A stretch of 64,000 nucleotides of DNA from an uncultured bacterium (GTDB taxonomy: Bacteria; Omnitrophota; Omnitrophia; Omnitrophales; Aquincolibacteriaceae), in NCBI GenBank assembly GCA_964373045.1, contig CAYJSI010000006.1, positions 878 through 64,877 on the forward strand, in the 5' to 3' direction. Of the stretch, positions 1-8,688 are shown in pieces (the first letter of the stretch is position 1; each line of letters begins with the position of its first letter). A model generated the notes under the pieces. That model made no database searches. It saw nothing but the letters and a program-made list of their open reading frames with translations, and was not told the origin of the DNA. Position numbers and translations under genes: made by a program.

Positions 1-9
1 AAACCTAAA

Positions 10-792
10 ATGATTATGACGGTCGATGATGATCCGAATCTTGTGATGTTTTTTAAAGAATTTTTCAAACAGGAAGGTTACAATTCCTTGTGTCTGGAGG
101 ATGCGGAAAGAGCCGTTCGGATAGCGAATCTTGTCCATCCCGATCTCCTGATCATTGATGTGCGCATGCCCAAGATCGACGGTTTCGGGGTGCTTGCCAA
201 GGTCCGTGAACATACCCCTGAAATCAAAACGATTATCATCAGCGCCTATGTGGACTCGTTTCAGGATAAGATTAAAGAAGCCAAGGTCCAAGCGGTGCTT
301 AAAAAACCGGTACAATTTGAAGAGCTTGAAAAGTGGATTTTAAAATTACTCGCAGCGACCAAAGAGGAGATTCAGGAAAAAATTCTGCCGGGGGAAAGAC
401 CAACGATTCGCGTTTTATTCGTCGAGGATGAAGCGGAGATCGCCCACCCGGTCGCCGAGGCGTTTAATGAATACGGCTTCTTAACCGACACGGCGCTTTC
501 CGGCGAGGAAGGTTTAGAAAAGGCTAGAAATAAAAATTATGACATCCTCATTACCGATAATTCCATGCGAAGCATGTCCGGACTCGAGATGGTCGGGAAA
601 ATTTTGTCTGAAGCGCGCGTTAAACCGCATGTGATTGCCATATTCTCGGCCAATTTGACGAACCCACTCAAGGAAAAATACGCCGCCTTGGGGGTCTCCC
701 ATTTTCTTCCAAAACCGGCCACCTTGCAGCAGCTGATTGATTGGCTGGAATCGCAAATTCCCGTGATCGTCAAAAAAAAGAGGGCAGGCTAA
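10..792 (+). CDS. Response regulator with two tandem receiver (REC) domains and no recognizable output domain; may be 5'-truncated by the window edge
   Basis: Two CheY-like units, MTVDDDPNL...DLLIIDVRMPKIDG and RVLFVEDEAE...DILITDNSMRSMSG...LPKP, carry the Asp pocket and the conserved Lys motif. Only 9 nt lie upstream of the ATG. Confidence 0.7.
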   Translation: MIMTVDDDPNLVMFFKEFFKQEGYNSLCLEDAERAVRIANLVHPDLLIIDVRMPKIDGFGVLAKVREHTPEIKTIIISAYVDSFQDKIKEAKVQAVLKKPVQFEELEKWILKLLAATKEEIQEKILPGERPTIRVLFVEDEAEIAHPVAEAFNEYGFLTDTALSGEEGLEKARNKNYDILITDNSMRSMSGLEMVGKILSEARVKPHVIAIFSANLTNPLKEKYAALGVSHFLPKPATLQQLIDWLESQIPVIVKKKRAG

Positions 793-2045
793 AAGAGCGG
801 CGGCTGGGTAAATAAAAACAGTTTTGATTCTTGATGCTCCAGATTATGCATAACCAGTTCCAAATTTCCGTCGAGGTAAACAGAGTCGCCGGTCGAAAGC
901 TTTTCCTTTTTTCTCTGGCCGTATTCCAGTAAAATTCTTCCGTCTTGCACGAAGGCGCACATCATGGCATTGGTTTTGTATCGCCAGCGCCTTCTCATGC
1001 TCGGCACGGCCGCCCGTTTATTGAGAAAGACTTGTCCGATGAAAAATCGCCTTCTGGCGGTGCCGGGCCTCGCGGCAGAATAAATCTTCAACCCGAACTG
1101 ATCCCCATAATCGAGATAGCCCCGGTAGAGGGCGTTACAAATCTCAAATCTTCCGGCTGTTTTTCCCAAAGCCACGTCCATGATCTCCTCAAGTGGAATG
1201 CCCGTTCCCTGTGCCAGCGCCTCAAGTTTATTCCAGTAAACGATTTCAGTTTTGCCGCTGTTTAAGTGCATGAGCGCCCTCATCGGTATCCCGGTCATCT
1301 CAGACAGCATATTCCAGGGTAAAGGGATCGAGGGCGCGGGGCTTGCCTTTCGTCTGACATAATCGAGCGCGGAAGCAAGATCCAATCCCTCCTTTCTCAC
1401 AAGCGCACCGTCGTCGGGTTTCTCAGGAGCCGGCGGCGGATTGAGACAAAGAAAAAACTCGATGGTTTTATCTTTACTCTCATTAAAAAATCCGTGCTCG
1501 ACCGCGCCGTCAAAGAAAAAGCTTTGGTTGGCTTTGAGTTCATGGCCTTGACTTCCAAACTTAAATTTTAGAGGCCCTTCCAGGACGTAGCAGGCAATTT
1601 CGCTGCTCTGAAAATGAATACACGGACTCAACCGCTTATGCGGGCTGAGGGCAATTTTTAAAATGAGAAAATCGCTTCGGGTCGCTATGGGAGGAGAAAG
1701 GGGATAAACGCTCAGGCCGTCATAATCCAAGCGCAAGTAGCCGTCTTTTCTCTGAACGAAGCAATTATTCGGGAATTCCTCGCGGCTTCTTTGCAGGAGT
1801 GTTTCGACGGGAACCTGAAGGGCTTTTGCGAGACCGATGACGTTTTCCCATGTGGAGTAGGCCTCCCGTTTGGTTTCGATGGCCTTCAAAAGCGAGAGCC
1901 CAACCCCGGATTCATGGGCAACCGCCTGCCTGCCTTTGCGGATTTCTTCACGGAGAAATCGGATGGCTTGTCCAAGATAAAGGGTGCGTTCTGTCGGCGT
2001 GCCCTTTAGTTTTGATAGGTAATCTCTCCAAATCCGTTGATACAT
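789..2045 (-). CDS. XRE-family HTH transcriptional regulator with duplicated (HTH + cupin-like) architecture
   Basis: Two HTH_XRE-like segments (LGQAIRFLREEIRKGRQAVAHESGVGLSLLKAIE and LSEMTGIPMRALMHLNSGKTE) are each followed by a beta-rich cupin-like segment. The gene is convergent with the response regulator and the stops overlap. Confidence 0.5.
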   Translation of the reverse strand: MYQRIWRDYLSKLKGTPTERTLYLGQAIRFLREEIRKGRQAVAHESGVGLSLLKAIETKREAYSTWENVIGLAKALQVPVETLLQRSREEFPNNCFVQRKDGYLRLDYDGLSVYPLSPPIATRSDFLILKIALSPHKRLSPCIHFQSSEIACYVLEGPLKFKFGSQGHELKANQSFFFDGAVEHGFFNESKDKTIEFFLCLNPPPAPEKPDDGALVRKEGLDLASALDYVRRKASPAPSIPLPWNMLSEMTGIPMRALMHLNSGKTEIVYWNKLEALAQGTGIPLEEIMDVALGKTAGRFEICNALYRGYLDYGDQFGLKIYSAARPGTARRRFFIGQVFLNKRAAVPSMRRRWRYKTNAMMCAFVQDGRILLEYGQRKKEKLSTGDSVYLDGNLELVMHNLEHQESKLFLFTQPPLF

Positions 2046-2139
2046 GAGGGCCCTCCTTGCAGACTAAAGGGTACCCCACCGCCAGTAGGTAGTCAAGTGG
2101 TGTATTAAATTCATAATAATGACTATTATGGGAGAGCCA

Positions 2140-2168
2140 TTGACAGCGTGAAATCCGTCAGGCATATT
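2140..2168 (+). promoter_or_regulatory. Putative sigma70-type promoter (TTGACA-17-CATATT) upstream of the 2190 gene and histidine kinase operon
   Basis: TTGACA at 2140-2145, a 17-nt spacer, CATATT at 2163-2168, then an AAGGAG RBS and the ATG at 2190. Confidence 0.35.
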
Positions 2169-2189
2169 CCTTTTTAGAAGGAGAAATAC

Positions 2190-2684
2190 ATGAAATCAGC
2201 CCTCGAGATGTTGAAAGGAACTCAGGAAGGACAAGGCGGGGTAGTCTCATTTATATGTAATAATATATACAAATTGTTATCGTATCCCTTTGACCCCCTT
2301 AGTGAACAGTCAACTCCTTCGGAGGCAAGCGAGGCGCCCGCCCTTGAAGTGAGTCGAGAAGGGCAATTTCAGGCTTATGTCAATAACCGGATGAACATCC
2401 TCGTCATGTGGGTGCAGCATATGAAACTTCGGGAAATCAACACGGCAAAACAGCATTTAGAATTCTTTCTTTACGATATGGAACATCATTTTGTGGATCC
2501 TTACGCCGGAAGGGAAATAAGAAACGCCTTCCGGTGGCTCAAGGTTTACGTGAGAATTTATCCTGAAGTTTTCCGGAAAAACCGCGCTCAAAGGGCCTAT
2601 GAAATGATTGCCAGCATTTATGATGCTTTGGGCTTTAAGTTTCCCTTGGCGGAAAGGGAGGACCATGATCGACTTGCACCATAA
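2190..2684 (+). CDS. Hypothetical protein, translationally coupled to the downstream histidine kinase
   Basis: A 164-aa ORF with a good RBS (AAGGAG) whose 3' end overlaps the HK start by 20 nt. I recognise no family. Confidence 0.4.
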   Translation: MKSALEMLKGTQEGQGGVVSFICNNIYKLLSYPFDPLSEQSTPSEASEAPALEVSREGQFQAYVNNRMNILVMWVQHMKLREINTAKQHLEFFLYDMEHHFVDPYAGREIRNAFRWLKVYVRIYPEVFRKNRAQRAYEMIASIYDALGFKFPLAEREDHDRLAP

Positions 2685-3444
2685 CATTGTGAACATTCTT
2701 TACCTCATTAAAGAGATGAGCGGTTCGCATCTTGCCCAGGCTCGGGAGGAGGGGAGATTTGTAAGCGAGGGTGAGCGCCTCTGCCATGCCGAGTGCGTGC
2801 TTGAGAAAATCGCGGCGCAGGCCGAGCGTGCCCTTGCGGTCACAAGGCGCCTCGGTGAGATCATGAAAGGGGAGGGGGCTGAAAGAAAAGGAAAGGCCAG
2901 GCATAAGGCCTCGCTTCCTTTTGTCTGGCGCCGGGTGAAGCGTCTTTTAGCGGAGGAATGCTCGCTTTCAGGTTTTGAGATCTTGGAAAGAATCCCGGAG
3001 CGCTTTCCTGTCATTGACTGCGACCGGGACGCGCTCGCGGAAATTCTCTTTCACCTCGCCAAAAATGCCCTGCAGGCGATGCGGCCAAGTGACCAGAAAC
3101 CAGTTGCCAGCCCCCTGAATGATTCGGTCCACTCACGCCTCATCCTACGCGCCGCTTTGAGTTTTTCCACCCAAGAAGAGCCGGTCGCTTTAATTACGCT
3201 TTCAGATACCGGCCCCGGTATCCCGGAGGAGTGCTTGGCGAAATTATTCTCCCCCTTTTACACCACCAAACCCGAAGGAGTGGGTAACGGCTTAGGGCTT
3301 TATCTTACCCGCGAGCTTGTCTTAAAAAACAAGGGCCAGATTAAAGTCTCAAGCTTTCCCGGCCAGGGGACGAGTTTTACCTTGGAGTTTGGGATCCAGA
3401 AGGCGGAGGGAAAAAAGAGTGAAAGACGGACTGCGATTCGTTAG
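2665..3444 (+). CDS. Cytoplasmic sensor histidine kinase (HATPase_c with a degenerate H-box; no TM segments)
   Basis: N box HLAKNALQAM, G1 DTGPGIP, G2 GVGNGLGLYL and a GTSFTLEF lid are present. A GGGAGG RBS precedes the ATG at 2665. The 3' 194 bp is duplicated downstream. Confidence 0.65.
   Translation: MIDLHHNIVNILYLIKEMSGSHLAQAREEGRFVSEGERLCHAECVLEKIAAQAERALAVTRRLGEIMKGEGAERKGKARHKASLPFVWRRVKRLLAEECSLSGFEILERIPERFPVIDCDRDALAEILFHLAKNALQAMRPSDQKPVASPLNDSVHSRLILRAALSFSTQEEPVALITLSDTGPGIPEECLAKLFSPFYTTKPEGVGNGLGLYLTRELVLKNKGQIKVSSFPGQGTSFTLEFGIQKAEGKKSERRTAIR
3200..3393. repeat. Direct repeat copy 1 (~194 bp, ~97% identical to 4297-4490); covers the 3' coding end of the histidine kinase
   Basis: The nucleotide sequence tttcagataccggccccggtatcccggagga...ggagtttggg recurs with a constant offset of 1097 bp. 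The only differences are a 6-nt patch (cccggccagggg vs cctttgatgggg). Confidence 0.85.
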
Positions 3445-3507
3445 AATGACCCTCAAATTTGAAGAAGGTGTTTTGATGAAAAAACTTGTCATCGGGAGAG
3501 CCGAAAA

Positions 3508-3816
3508 TTGATCGTTGTTTATTCGAAAAATTCAGTCCCCATCCGATTAACGCAAGAGCGTTGGGCGCATATCACAGGGCGGCATCCAGAGCTGGAAAAT
3601 CAAAAGGAAAAAGTGGGTGAGACGGTCTCAAACCCCGATCTCATCCAGAAAGGCGACTTTGGTGAGTTTTTAGCGATTCGATTTTATACGACCACCCCCC
3701 TTGCACAAAAGTATCTCGTGGTTGCTTACAAAGAAGCAGGGCAAGACGGATTTATTTTAACCGCTTATTTTACACATGCATTTTTAAAAAGGAGACCCAT
3801 GATATGGAAGCGTTAA
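3508..3816 (+). CDS. Putative type II toxin (DUF4258-like small protein) of a two-gene TA-like cassette
   Basis: A 102-aa ORF with a TTG start and a GGGAGAG RBS, overlapping the downstream DUF2283-like gene by 13 nt. The size and pairing fit DUF4258/DUF2283 modules, though the family assignment is from memory. Confidence 0.4.
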   Translation: MIVVYSKNSVPIRLTQERWAHITGRHPELENQKEKVGETVSNPDLIQKGDFGEFLAIRFYTTTPLAQKYLVVAYKEAGQDGFILTAYFTHAFLKRRPMIWKR

Positions 3817-4028
3817 AAATTCTTGAAGGCAAGCCTTCTCTTAACTGGGAATATGACGGGGAGGCCGACGTGCTTTATATTTCTGTTGGCAAGCCCCGGC
3901 CGGCGGTAGGGATTGATATCGGGGAAGGAGTCGTCGTCCGTTACGATGACAAAAAGAAAGAAGTGGTCGGGTTGACTATCCTTGGATTCCGCGTGCGGAC
4001 ACTCGAAGGATTAAAAACCGCGGCTTAG
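3804..4028 (+). CDS. DUF2283-family small protein (putative antitoxin partner)
   Basis: The WEYDGEADVLYISVG...VVVRYDDKKKEVVGLTILGF stretch matches the DUF2283 signature (YD.EAD.LYI ... G.EIL). An AAGGAG RBS is present and the start overlaps the upstream gene. Confidence 0.55.
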   Translation: MEALKILEGKPSLNWEYDGEADVLYISVGKPRPAVGIDIGEGVVVRYDDKKKEVVGLTILGFRVRTLEGLKTAA

Positions 4029-4064
4029 CCCTTTAAAATAGGACAGGGCTGCCTTCCATTTAAC

Positions 4065-4550
4065 ATGAGGACTAAAACTGTCCTTCGCCCCCTCTCGCTT
4101 CTCCTTCTTCTTACTTTTTCCCTCCAATCGATTTTGCTTGCCTCCCCCGGCTTCCCCGCCCTGGCCAATATCGAAGAGAGGCATTTTATCGTTATCACTC
4201 AAATAGAAGGCGCGGGCTGCGCTGTCATTGCCGCGCCGGCGGGAATCCAGGACTGCCGGGTGCATTTTAAAGAAGAACCCTCCGCTGTCATCACGGTTTC
4301 AGATACCGGCCCCGGTATCCCGGAGGAGTGCTTGGCGAAATTATTCTCCCCCTTTTACACCACCAAACCCGAAGGAGTGGGTAACGGCTTAGGGCTTTAT
4401 CTTACCCGCGAGCTTGTCTTAAAAAACAAGGGCCAGATTAAAGTCTCAAGCTTTCCTTTGATGGGGACGAGTTTTACCTTGGAGTTTGGGGTCATTCGCT
4501 CGAAGGTGCCGAAGGCGGGAAGTTTACAGGAGGGAAGCGCTGCCGCTTAG
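4065..4550 (+). pseudogene. Displaced 3' fragment of the histidine kinase gene (last ~65 codons) fused to an unrelated hydrophobic N-terminus; likely non-functional remnant
   Basis: The C-terminal half is the direct-repeat copy of HK residues ITLSDTGPGIP...TSFTLEFG. The N-terminal 78 aa have no kinase features. Confidence 0.4.
4297..4490. repeat. Direct repeat copy 2 (displaced HK 3' end)
   Basis: See copy 1 at 3200-3393. Confidence 0.85.
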
Positions 4551-4646
4551 GCTGCTTGAAATAAACCCGCAGAGCATTTCCACGAAGCCCTCGCGTCTCT
4601 TTTACCACCGCATTTTTCCACGCACGAATCATTTTATGACCAAGCC

Positions 4647-4675
4647 TTGACCCGCACCGAGGGGGCCTTTAAGAT
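4647..4675 (+). promoter_or_regulatory. Putative promoter TTGACC-17-TAAGAT whose -10 lies 7 nt from the ATG at 4682 (possible leaderless transcript)
   Basis: TTGACC at 4647-4652 and TAAGAT at 4670-4675. No RBS fits between the -10 and the start codon. Confidence 0.3.
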
Positions 4676-4681
4676 AGCAGC

Positions 4682-6097
4682 ATGCTCCTCCTCCTGCGCA
4701 AAATTACCTTTTACCTTCTTCTCGCCCTTTACCTCCTTTTAACCCCCTATGCCATTTTGTATGCCTTAGGCTACCTTTATAATCCGCTGGAAGGCGAGCT
4801 CGTTAAAACCGGCCTTATCTCAATTGTCTCTTTCCCGAGAGGGGCCACGGTTTTCATTCAGGGAAAAAAATTTTCGCACAAAACTCCGGCCATCCTTCGG
4901 GACCTCTTGCCGGGTTCCTACTCGGTGCGGGTGTTTCACAAGGGATTTGATCCCTGGGAAAAGGAGATTCATGTTCAACCCGAAAAGGCGACTCGTCTCG
5001 AGCCCATCCTCCTTCTTCCCAGGAAGCCCGAGATCGAAACCGTTCTTTTTCAATCGTTTCAAGGGCTCGTTCCTTGCACGGCAGACGCTAAAATCCTGGC
5101 CTGGCAGGGAAAGACCTTGGACGGGTTGTGGAAGATCGACTCCTTTTTTAAGAAGGGAGTCCCTCTTGGAAAAAAAATAGTCAAGGGGTCTCAAGCGGAG
5201 ATCCTAAATGTGGATTGCAAGGCGCTCTCCCCTCTCCTCCTTTTTCGGGTCCAAGCGGACGGGAAAAAAAGTTTTCGATCGATCCTGTTGAATCGAGAGC
5301 CAAAAAAAACCGGGGAAATTTGGAAAAGCGTTCCCGAAGACGTGGAAAAAATGGATTGGGATTCAAAGGATCCCACGCAGCTTTATTATTTAAGAGGAGG
5401 CCAGCTTACGCGCCTTGATCTTTCTGAAGACAAAGTGCACGCCAGCCTGGCCTCGCAGGTGCTGGGTTTTGGCGTCAAGCATCACCGCCTTTATCTTCTT
5501 AACAGTGATTTTTCCCTTATCGAAACCAATCAGCAGGGGACGAATCCCCGCCCTCTTTTGGAAGACCCGTCGCTTGGACGTAAAATTTTTAGCCCGCTTC
5601 AAGCTCAAAACTATGAAATCAACGTTTTTCGCGGAGACCTTCTTGAGCGCGATCTCATGCTTTTTCGAAGCGATGGTGGGGCGCTTCTAAGCAACCGCCT
5701 TCCCTATCTTTTAGTCGATGAAGGGGTGCGCGGTCTGGAGTATGCCTCACGCTCGGACGAAGAAAAAATTCTCTATTGGACGAAAGATCAAATCGGCGTC
5801 GTTTATTTCACCAGAGATTCGGAGGGTCTTTTTGAGGAAGCGCCCGTCAAAAGAATTCTTTATCAAACCGGAAGGGATATCCGGCAAGTTTTCTGGGCCT
5901 ACGAGGATTCGCACATTCTCTTTTTGGATGAAGATACGATTTATCTTTTGGAGGCGAGCGGCCCCGAAACCCATCCGGCAAAGCCCTTAGAGCGCGTGCG
6001 TGAGAAGACCTCCATCCTTTATCAGGAGAAAAATCATTTGATTTATTTTCTCGATCCCATGAACGGGTTTCTTCTTAAGCGCAGGGTGGTGGATTGA
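4682..6097 (+). CDS. Membrane-anchored PEGA-domain protein
   Basis: An N-terminal TM helix is followed by a PEGA-like module (ISIVSFPRGATVFIQGKKFSHKTPAIL.DLLPGSYSVRVFHKGFDPWEKEIHV). The 3' end overlaps the GT2 gene by 4 nt (ATGA). Confidence 0.45.
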   Translation: MLLLLRKITFYLLLALYLLLTPYAILYALGYLYNPLEGELVKTGLISIVSFPRGATVFIQGKKFSHKTPAILRDLLPGSYSVRVFHKGFDPWEKEIHVQPEKATRLEPILLLPRKPEIETVLFQSFQGLVPCTADAKILAWQGKTLDGLWKIDSFFKKGVPLGKKIVKGSQAEILNVDCKALSPLLLFRVQADGKKSFRSILLNREPKKTGEIWKSVPEDVEKMDWDSKDPTQLYYLRGGQLTRLDLSEDKVHASLASQVLGFGVKHHRLYLLNSDFSLIETNQQGTNPRPLLEDPSLGRKIFSPLQAQNYEINVFRGDLLERDLMLFRSDGGALLSNRLPYLLVDEGVRGLEYASRSDEEKILYWTKDQIGVVYFTRDSEGLFEEAPVKRILYQTGRDIRQVFWAYEDSHILFLDEDTIYLLEASGPETHPAKPLERVREKTSILYQEKNHLIYFLDPMNGFLLKRRVVD

Positions 6098-7761
6098 TGG
6101 CGACGTTTTATTTTTCGCACAAGACCCAGTCTGACGCTGAGGAAAATCTCGAACGGCTTTTTTGCGCCCTTCCGGCACTGATGAGCTGGACCCTCTTGCT
6201 CAGTCTCACCGTCCTTTCCTTTGTGAAACCGATTGTTGCGGCCGGTATCATCATTGTGATCGATATGTATTGGCTCTTCCGGCTTTTTTACATGACCCTC
6301 TTTATGTCGCTCGCTTACGGTGTCCTCGCCATCGAAAAGGAAACCGATTGGATTGAGCGCTGCCGTATGCTCGAAAAGGGAGTTGCGTCTTTGCCCATGC
6401 TTCATGAACGCCTTCGGAAGGCGCGTCGTAAAAAAAAGATTCAGGCGTGGTTTTCGCTCAAAAACCAGGAGCGCGAATTAAAACGCGTCCTTCGGCATGA
6501 GACCTCAGTTCCTCCCTTCGATTCCATCTTTCACCTTGTGATCATTGCGGCGGCCCAAGAGGGAAGGGAGGTTTTGGAGCCGGCCTTGGAGGCCCTTCGA
6601 GTGAGCCAGTTTCCAACCGAGAGGATCATCCCCCTTCTGGCGGTTGAAGAAAGGTCGGGAAGCAAGCACCAGGAGATGGCCGAGACGCTCAAAAAAAAGT
6701 TTGCGCGCCATTTTTATGATTTCCTGGTAACGGTACACCCAGAAGGGACGCCGGGGGAGGCCAAGGTGAAAGGGGCCAACGTTACCTTTGCCGCCAAGCA
6801 GGGTGCCGCGTATCTGAAGGAGAAGAAAATCAATTTTGAAAATGTGATTGCCTCTTGTTTCGATGCAGATACCGTCGCCAGCCGAGAGTATTTCACCTGT
6901 CTCACGTATCACTTTATGCGCCACCCGAAGCGCGCACGCGCCAGCTTTCAGCCCATTCCGGTTTATCACAACAATGTATGGGAGGCCCCGGGATTTGCGC
7001 GCGTGCTCGAAATGGGTTCCTCCTTTTTTCAATTGGTGGAGGCCACGAATCCGGAAAAGCTCGTGACCTTTTCAAGTCACAGCATGAGTTTTAAGGCTCT
7101 TGTAGAAATCGGCTATTGGCCGGTCGATATGATTTCAGACGACTCGGCCATTTTTTGGAAGGCCCTGCTTCATTATGAAGGAGATTACCGGGTGGTCCCG
7201 ATGTATGTCACCCTTTCCATGGATGTGGTGATGGCGGGTTCCCTTTGGCAGTCGCTTGTGAATGTCTACCTTCAAAAGAGGCGCTGGGCGTGGGGAGTCG
7301 AGAATTTTCCGATTGTCATGAGGGGATTTCTCAAGACCAAGAAAATCTCACTCCTCCATAAATTCCGGTATACCCTAAAACTTGTCGAGATGCACGTTTC
7401 CTGGGCAACCGTGGGATTTGTCCTTACCTTGATCGGATGGCTGCCGGCCATTTTTGCGGGGCAGGAGTTTTCCAGCTCGGTGGTGTACTACAACTCGCCT
7501 CGTATCACGGCTCTTATTTTTAACCTTGCGGCAGCAAGCCTTGTGGTGACTATTGTCCTTTCGCTCCTCCTCCTTCCGAAACACAAGACCCGGGATTCCT
7601 TCTGGCATCGGGCCCTGCTTGCCCTGGAGTGGCTTTTTGTCCCGTTTGTTTTTACTTTCTTAAGCACGCTTCCGGCCCTGGATGCCCAGACCCGGCTTGC
7701 CCGGGCCCGGCATATGGAATTTTGGGTGACTGAAAAAAAACGCAGATCTGATCCGCGTTAG
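6094..7761 (+). CDS. Integral-membrane processive family-2 glycosyltransferase (cellulose/chitin/hyaluronan-synthase-like beta-glycan synthase)
   Basis: D,D,D catalytic signatures (CFDADTV, ISDDSAIF) and the hallmark QxxRW motif (LQKRRWAWG) are present. TM helices sit at both ends. Confidence 0.5.
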   Translation: MMATFYFSHKTQSDAEENLERLFCALPALMSWTLLLSLTVLSFVKPIVAAGIIIVIDMYWLFRLFYMTLFMSLAYGVLAIEKETDWIERCRMLEKGVASLPMLHERLRKARRKKKIQAWFSLKNQERELKRVLRHETSVPPFDSIFHLVIIAAAQEGREVLEPALEALRVSQFPTERIIPLLAVEERSGSKHQEMAETLKKKFARHFYDFLVTVHPEGTPGEAKVKGANVTFAAKQGAAYLKEKKINFENVIASCFDADTVASREYFTCLTYHFMRHPKRARASFQPIPVYHNNVWEAPGFARVLEMGSSFFQLVEATNPEKLVTFSSHSMSFKALVEIGYWPVDMISDDSAIFWKALLHYEGDYRVVPMYVTLSMDVVMAGSLWQSLVNVYLQKRRWAWGVENFPIVMRGFLKTKKISLLHKFRYTLKLVEMHVSWATVGFVLTLIGWLPAIFAGQEFSSSVVYYNSPRITALIFNLAAASLVVTIVLSLLLLPKHKTRDSFWHRALLALEWLFVPFVFTFLSTLPALDAQTRLARARHMEFWVTEKKRRSDPR

Positions 7762-7846
7762 ATCGGCGTTTTGCGGTATTTTTGCTTTACTCTTTTCGCG
7801 ATTACTGGGATAATTCCTTCATCAACCCCTAGAGGAGATCTCCCCC

Positions 7847-8380
7847 ATGGCCAAGAAACGTGATGATCTTGAAGAGAAAATACTGGATGTCGACGCCAGT
7901 ATGCAGGGCACCATTGCCTTTAAAGACCCCGTGAACCTTCGTATTAATGGAAGCTTTGAAGGAAAGCTCGATACCCGAGGCACTCTCACCATCGGTGAAA
8001 ATGCCAAGGTGAAGGCTAATATTACCGGTGATCGGATCATCGTTGCGGGGAAGGTCACAGGGGATGTTCAAGCCACTCAGAGCATCTCGGTCGTCACACC
8101 CGCCATCATTCAGGGCAATATCACCTCTCCCAAGCTGAGCGTGACGGAGGGGGCCGTGATTGAAGGCCGGGTTTCTATGATCAATGTCCCTCAGGCCGGG
8201 GATGCGCAAGATGTTCTCCTTACCCTGAAAGATGTGGCTCAGTATCTCGAAGTCGAGGCCAAGATTGTCGAGGATTGGGCCCAGAAAAAGAAAATTCCGG
8301 GCCGTTTTGAGAATGGAAACTGGGTTTTCTCAAAATCAGAGATTGACCGCTGGATTCAGCAGGAGAATGTCAAAGTTTGA
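7847..8380 (+). CDS. Bactofilin-domain protein fused to a C-terminal excisionase/MerR-type HTH (HTH_17) DNA-binding domain
   Basis: The beta-helical bactofilin repeats (GTLTIGENAKVKANITGDRIIVAGKVTGDV..IQGNITSPKLSVTEGAVIEGRV) are followed by LTLKDVAQYLEVEAKIVEDWAQKKKIPG, which is HTH_17-like. Confidence 0.55.
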   Translation: MAKKRDDLEEKILDVDASMQGTIAFKDPVNLRINGSFEGKLDTRGTLTIGENAKVKANITGDRIIVAGKVTGDVQATQSISVVTPAIIQGNITSPKLSVTEGAVIEGRVSMINVPQAGDAQDVLLTLKDVAQYLEVEAKIVEDWAQKKKIPGRFENGNWVFSKSEIDRWIQQENVKV

Positions 8381-8383
8381 TCC

Positions 8384-8677
8384 ATGAACAGTCTGTTGAC
8401 CGTCGAAGAGGTCAAAGGTTATCTCGATATTGATCAGCATCAAATCGAAAAGTATTTGAAAGACGGTTCTTTACAAGCCTACAAGATTGGCGGCACCTAC
8501 TTAAGATTTCGCAAAGAAGAGGTGCTCCTCATCCGCGAGCGGCTGCTGAAGAAGATAAAGCACAGCTCCCCAGTTTCAGTTATTTCCCGCATCTGGGATT
8601 TTTGGCGTTTCAATAATTTTTATATCGTTTCCCTCCTCATTGTGATTGCCCTTGCCATCCTCGTCGTCAAAACTTAG
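8384..8677 (+). CDS. Small HTH_17 (excisionase-family) DNA-binding protein with a C-terminal transmembrane anchor
   Basis: The N-terminus LLTVEEVKGYLDIDQHQIEKYLKDGSLQAYKIGG matches HTH_17. The C-terminus FYIVSLLIVIALAILVV is a hydrophobic helix. Confidence 0.4.
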   Translation: MNSLLTVEEVKGYLDIDQHQIEKYLKDGSLQAYKIGGTYLRFRKEEVLLIRERLLKKIKHSSPVSVISRIWDFWRFNNFYIVSLLIVIALAILVVKT

Positions 8678-8688
8678 TTTAATCTTTT

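Noticed and set aside
155-343. Small internal ORFs within the response-regulator gene.
   Set aside because: They fall inside a well-supported REC-domain CDS and I found no independent support for them.
4861-7745. Multiple A7-A9 homopolymer runs inside the PEGA and GT2 genes as phase-variation switches.
   Set aside because: They mostly encode Lys-Lys or Gly-Lys-Lys, and A-tract lysine codons are common. Without population data this is weak. The C9 tract in ptsH is the better candidate and is kept as a finding.
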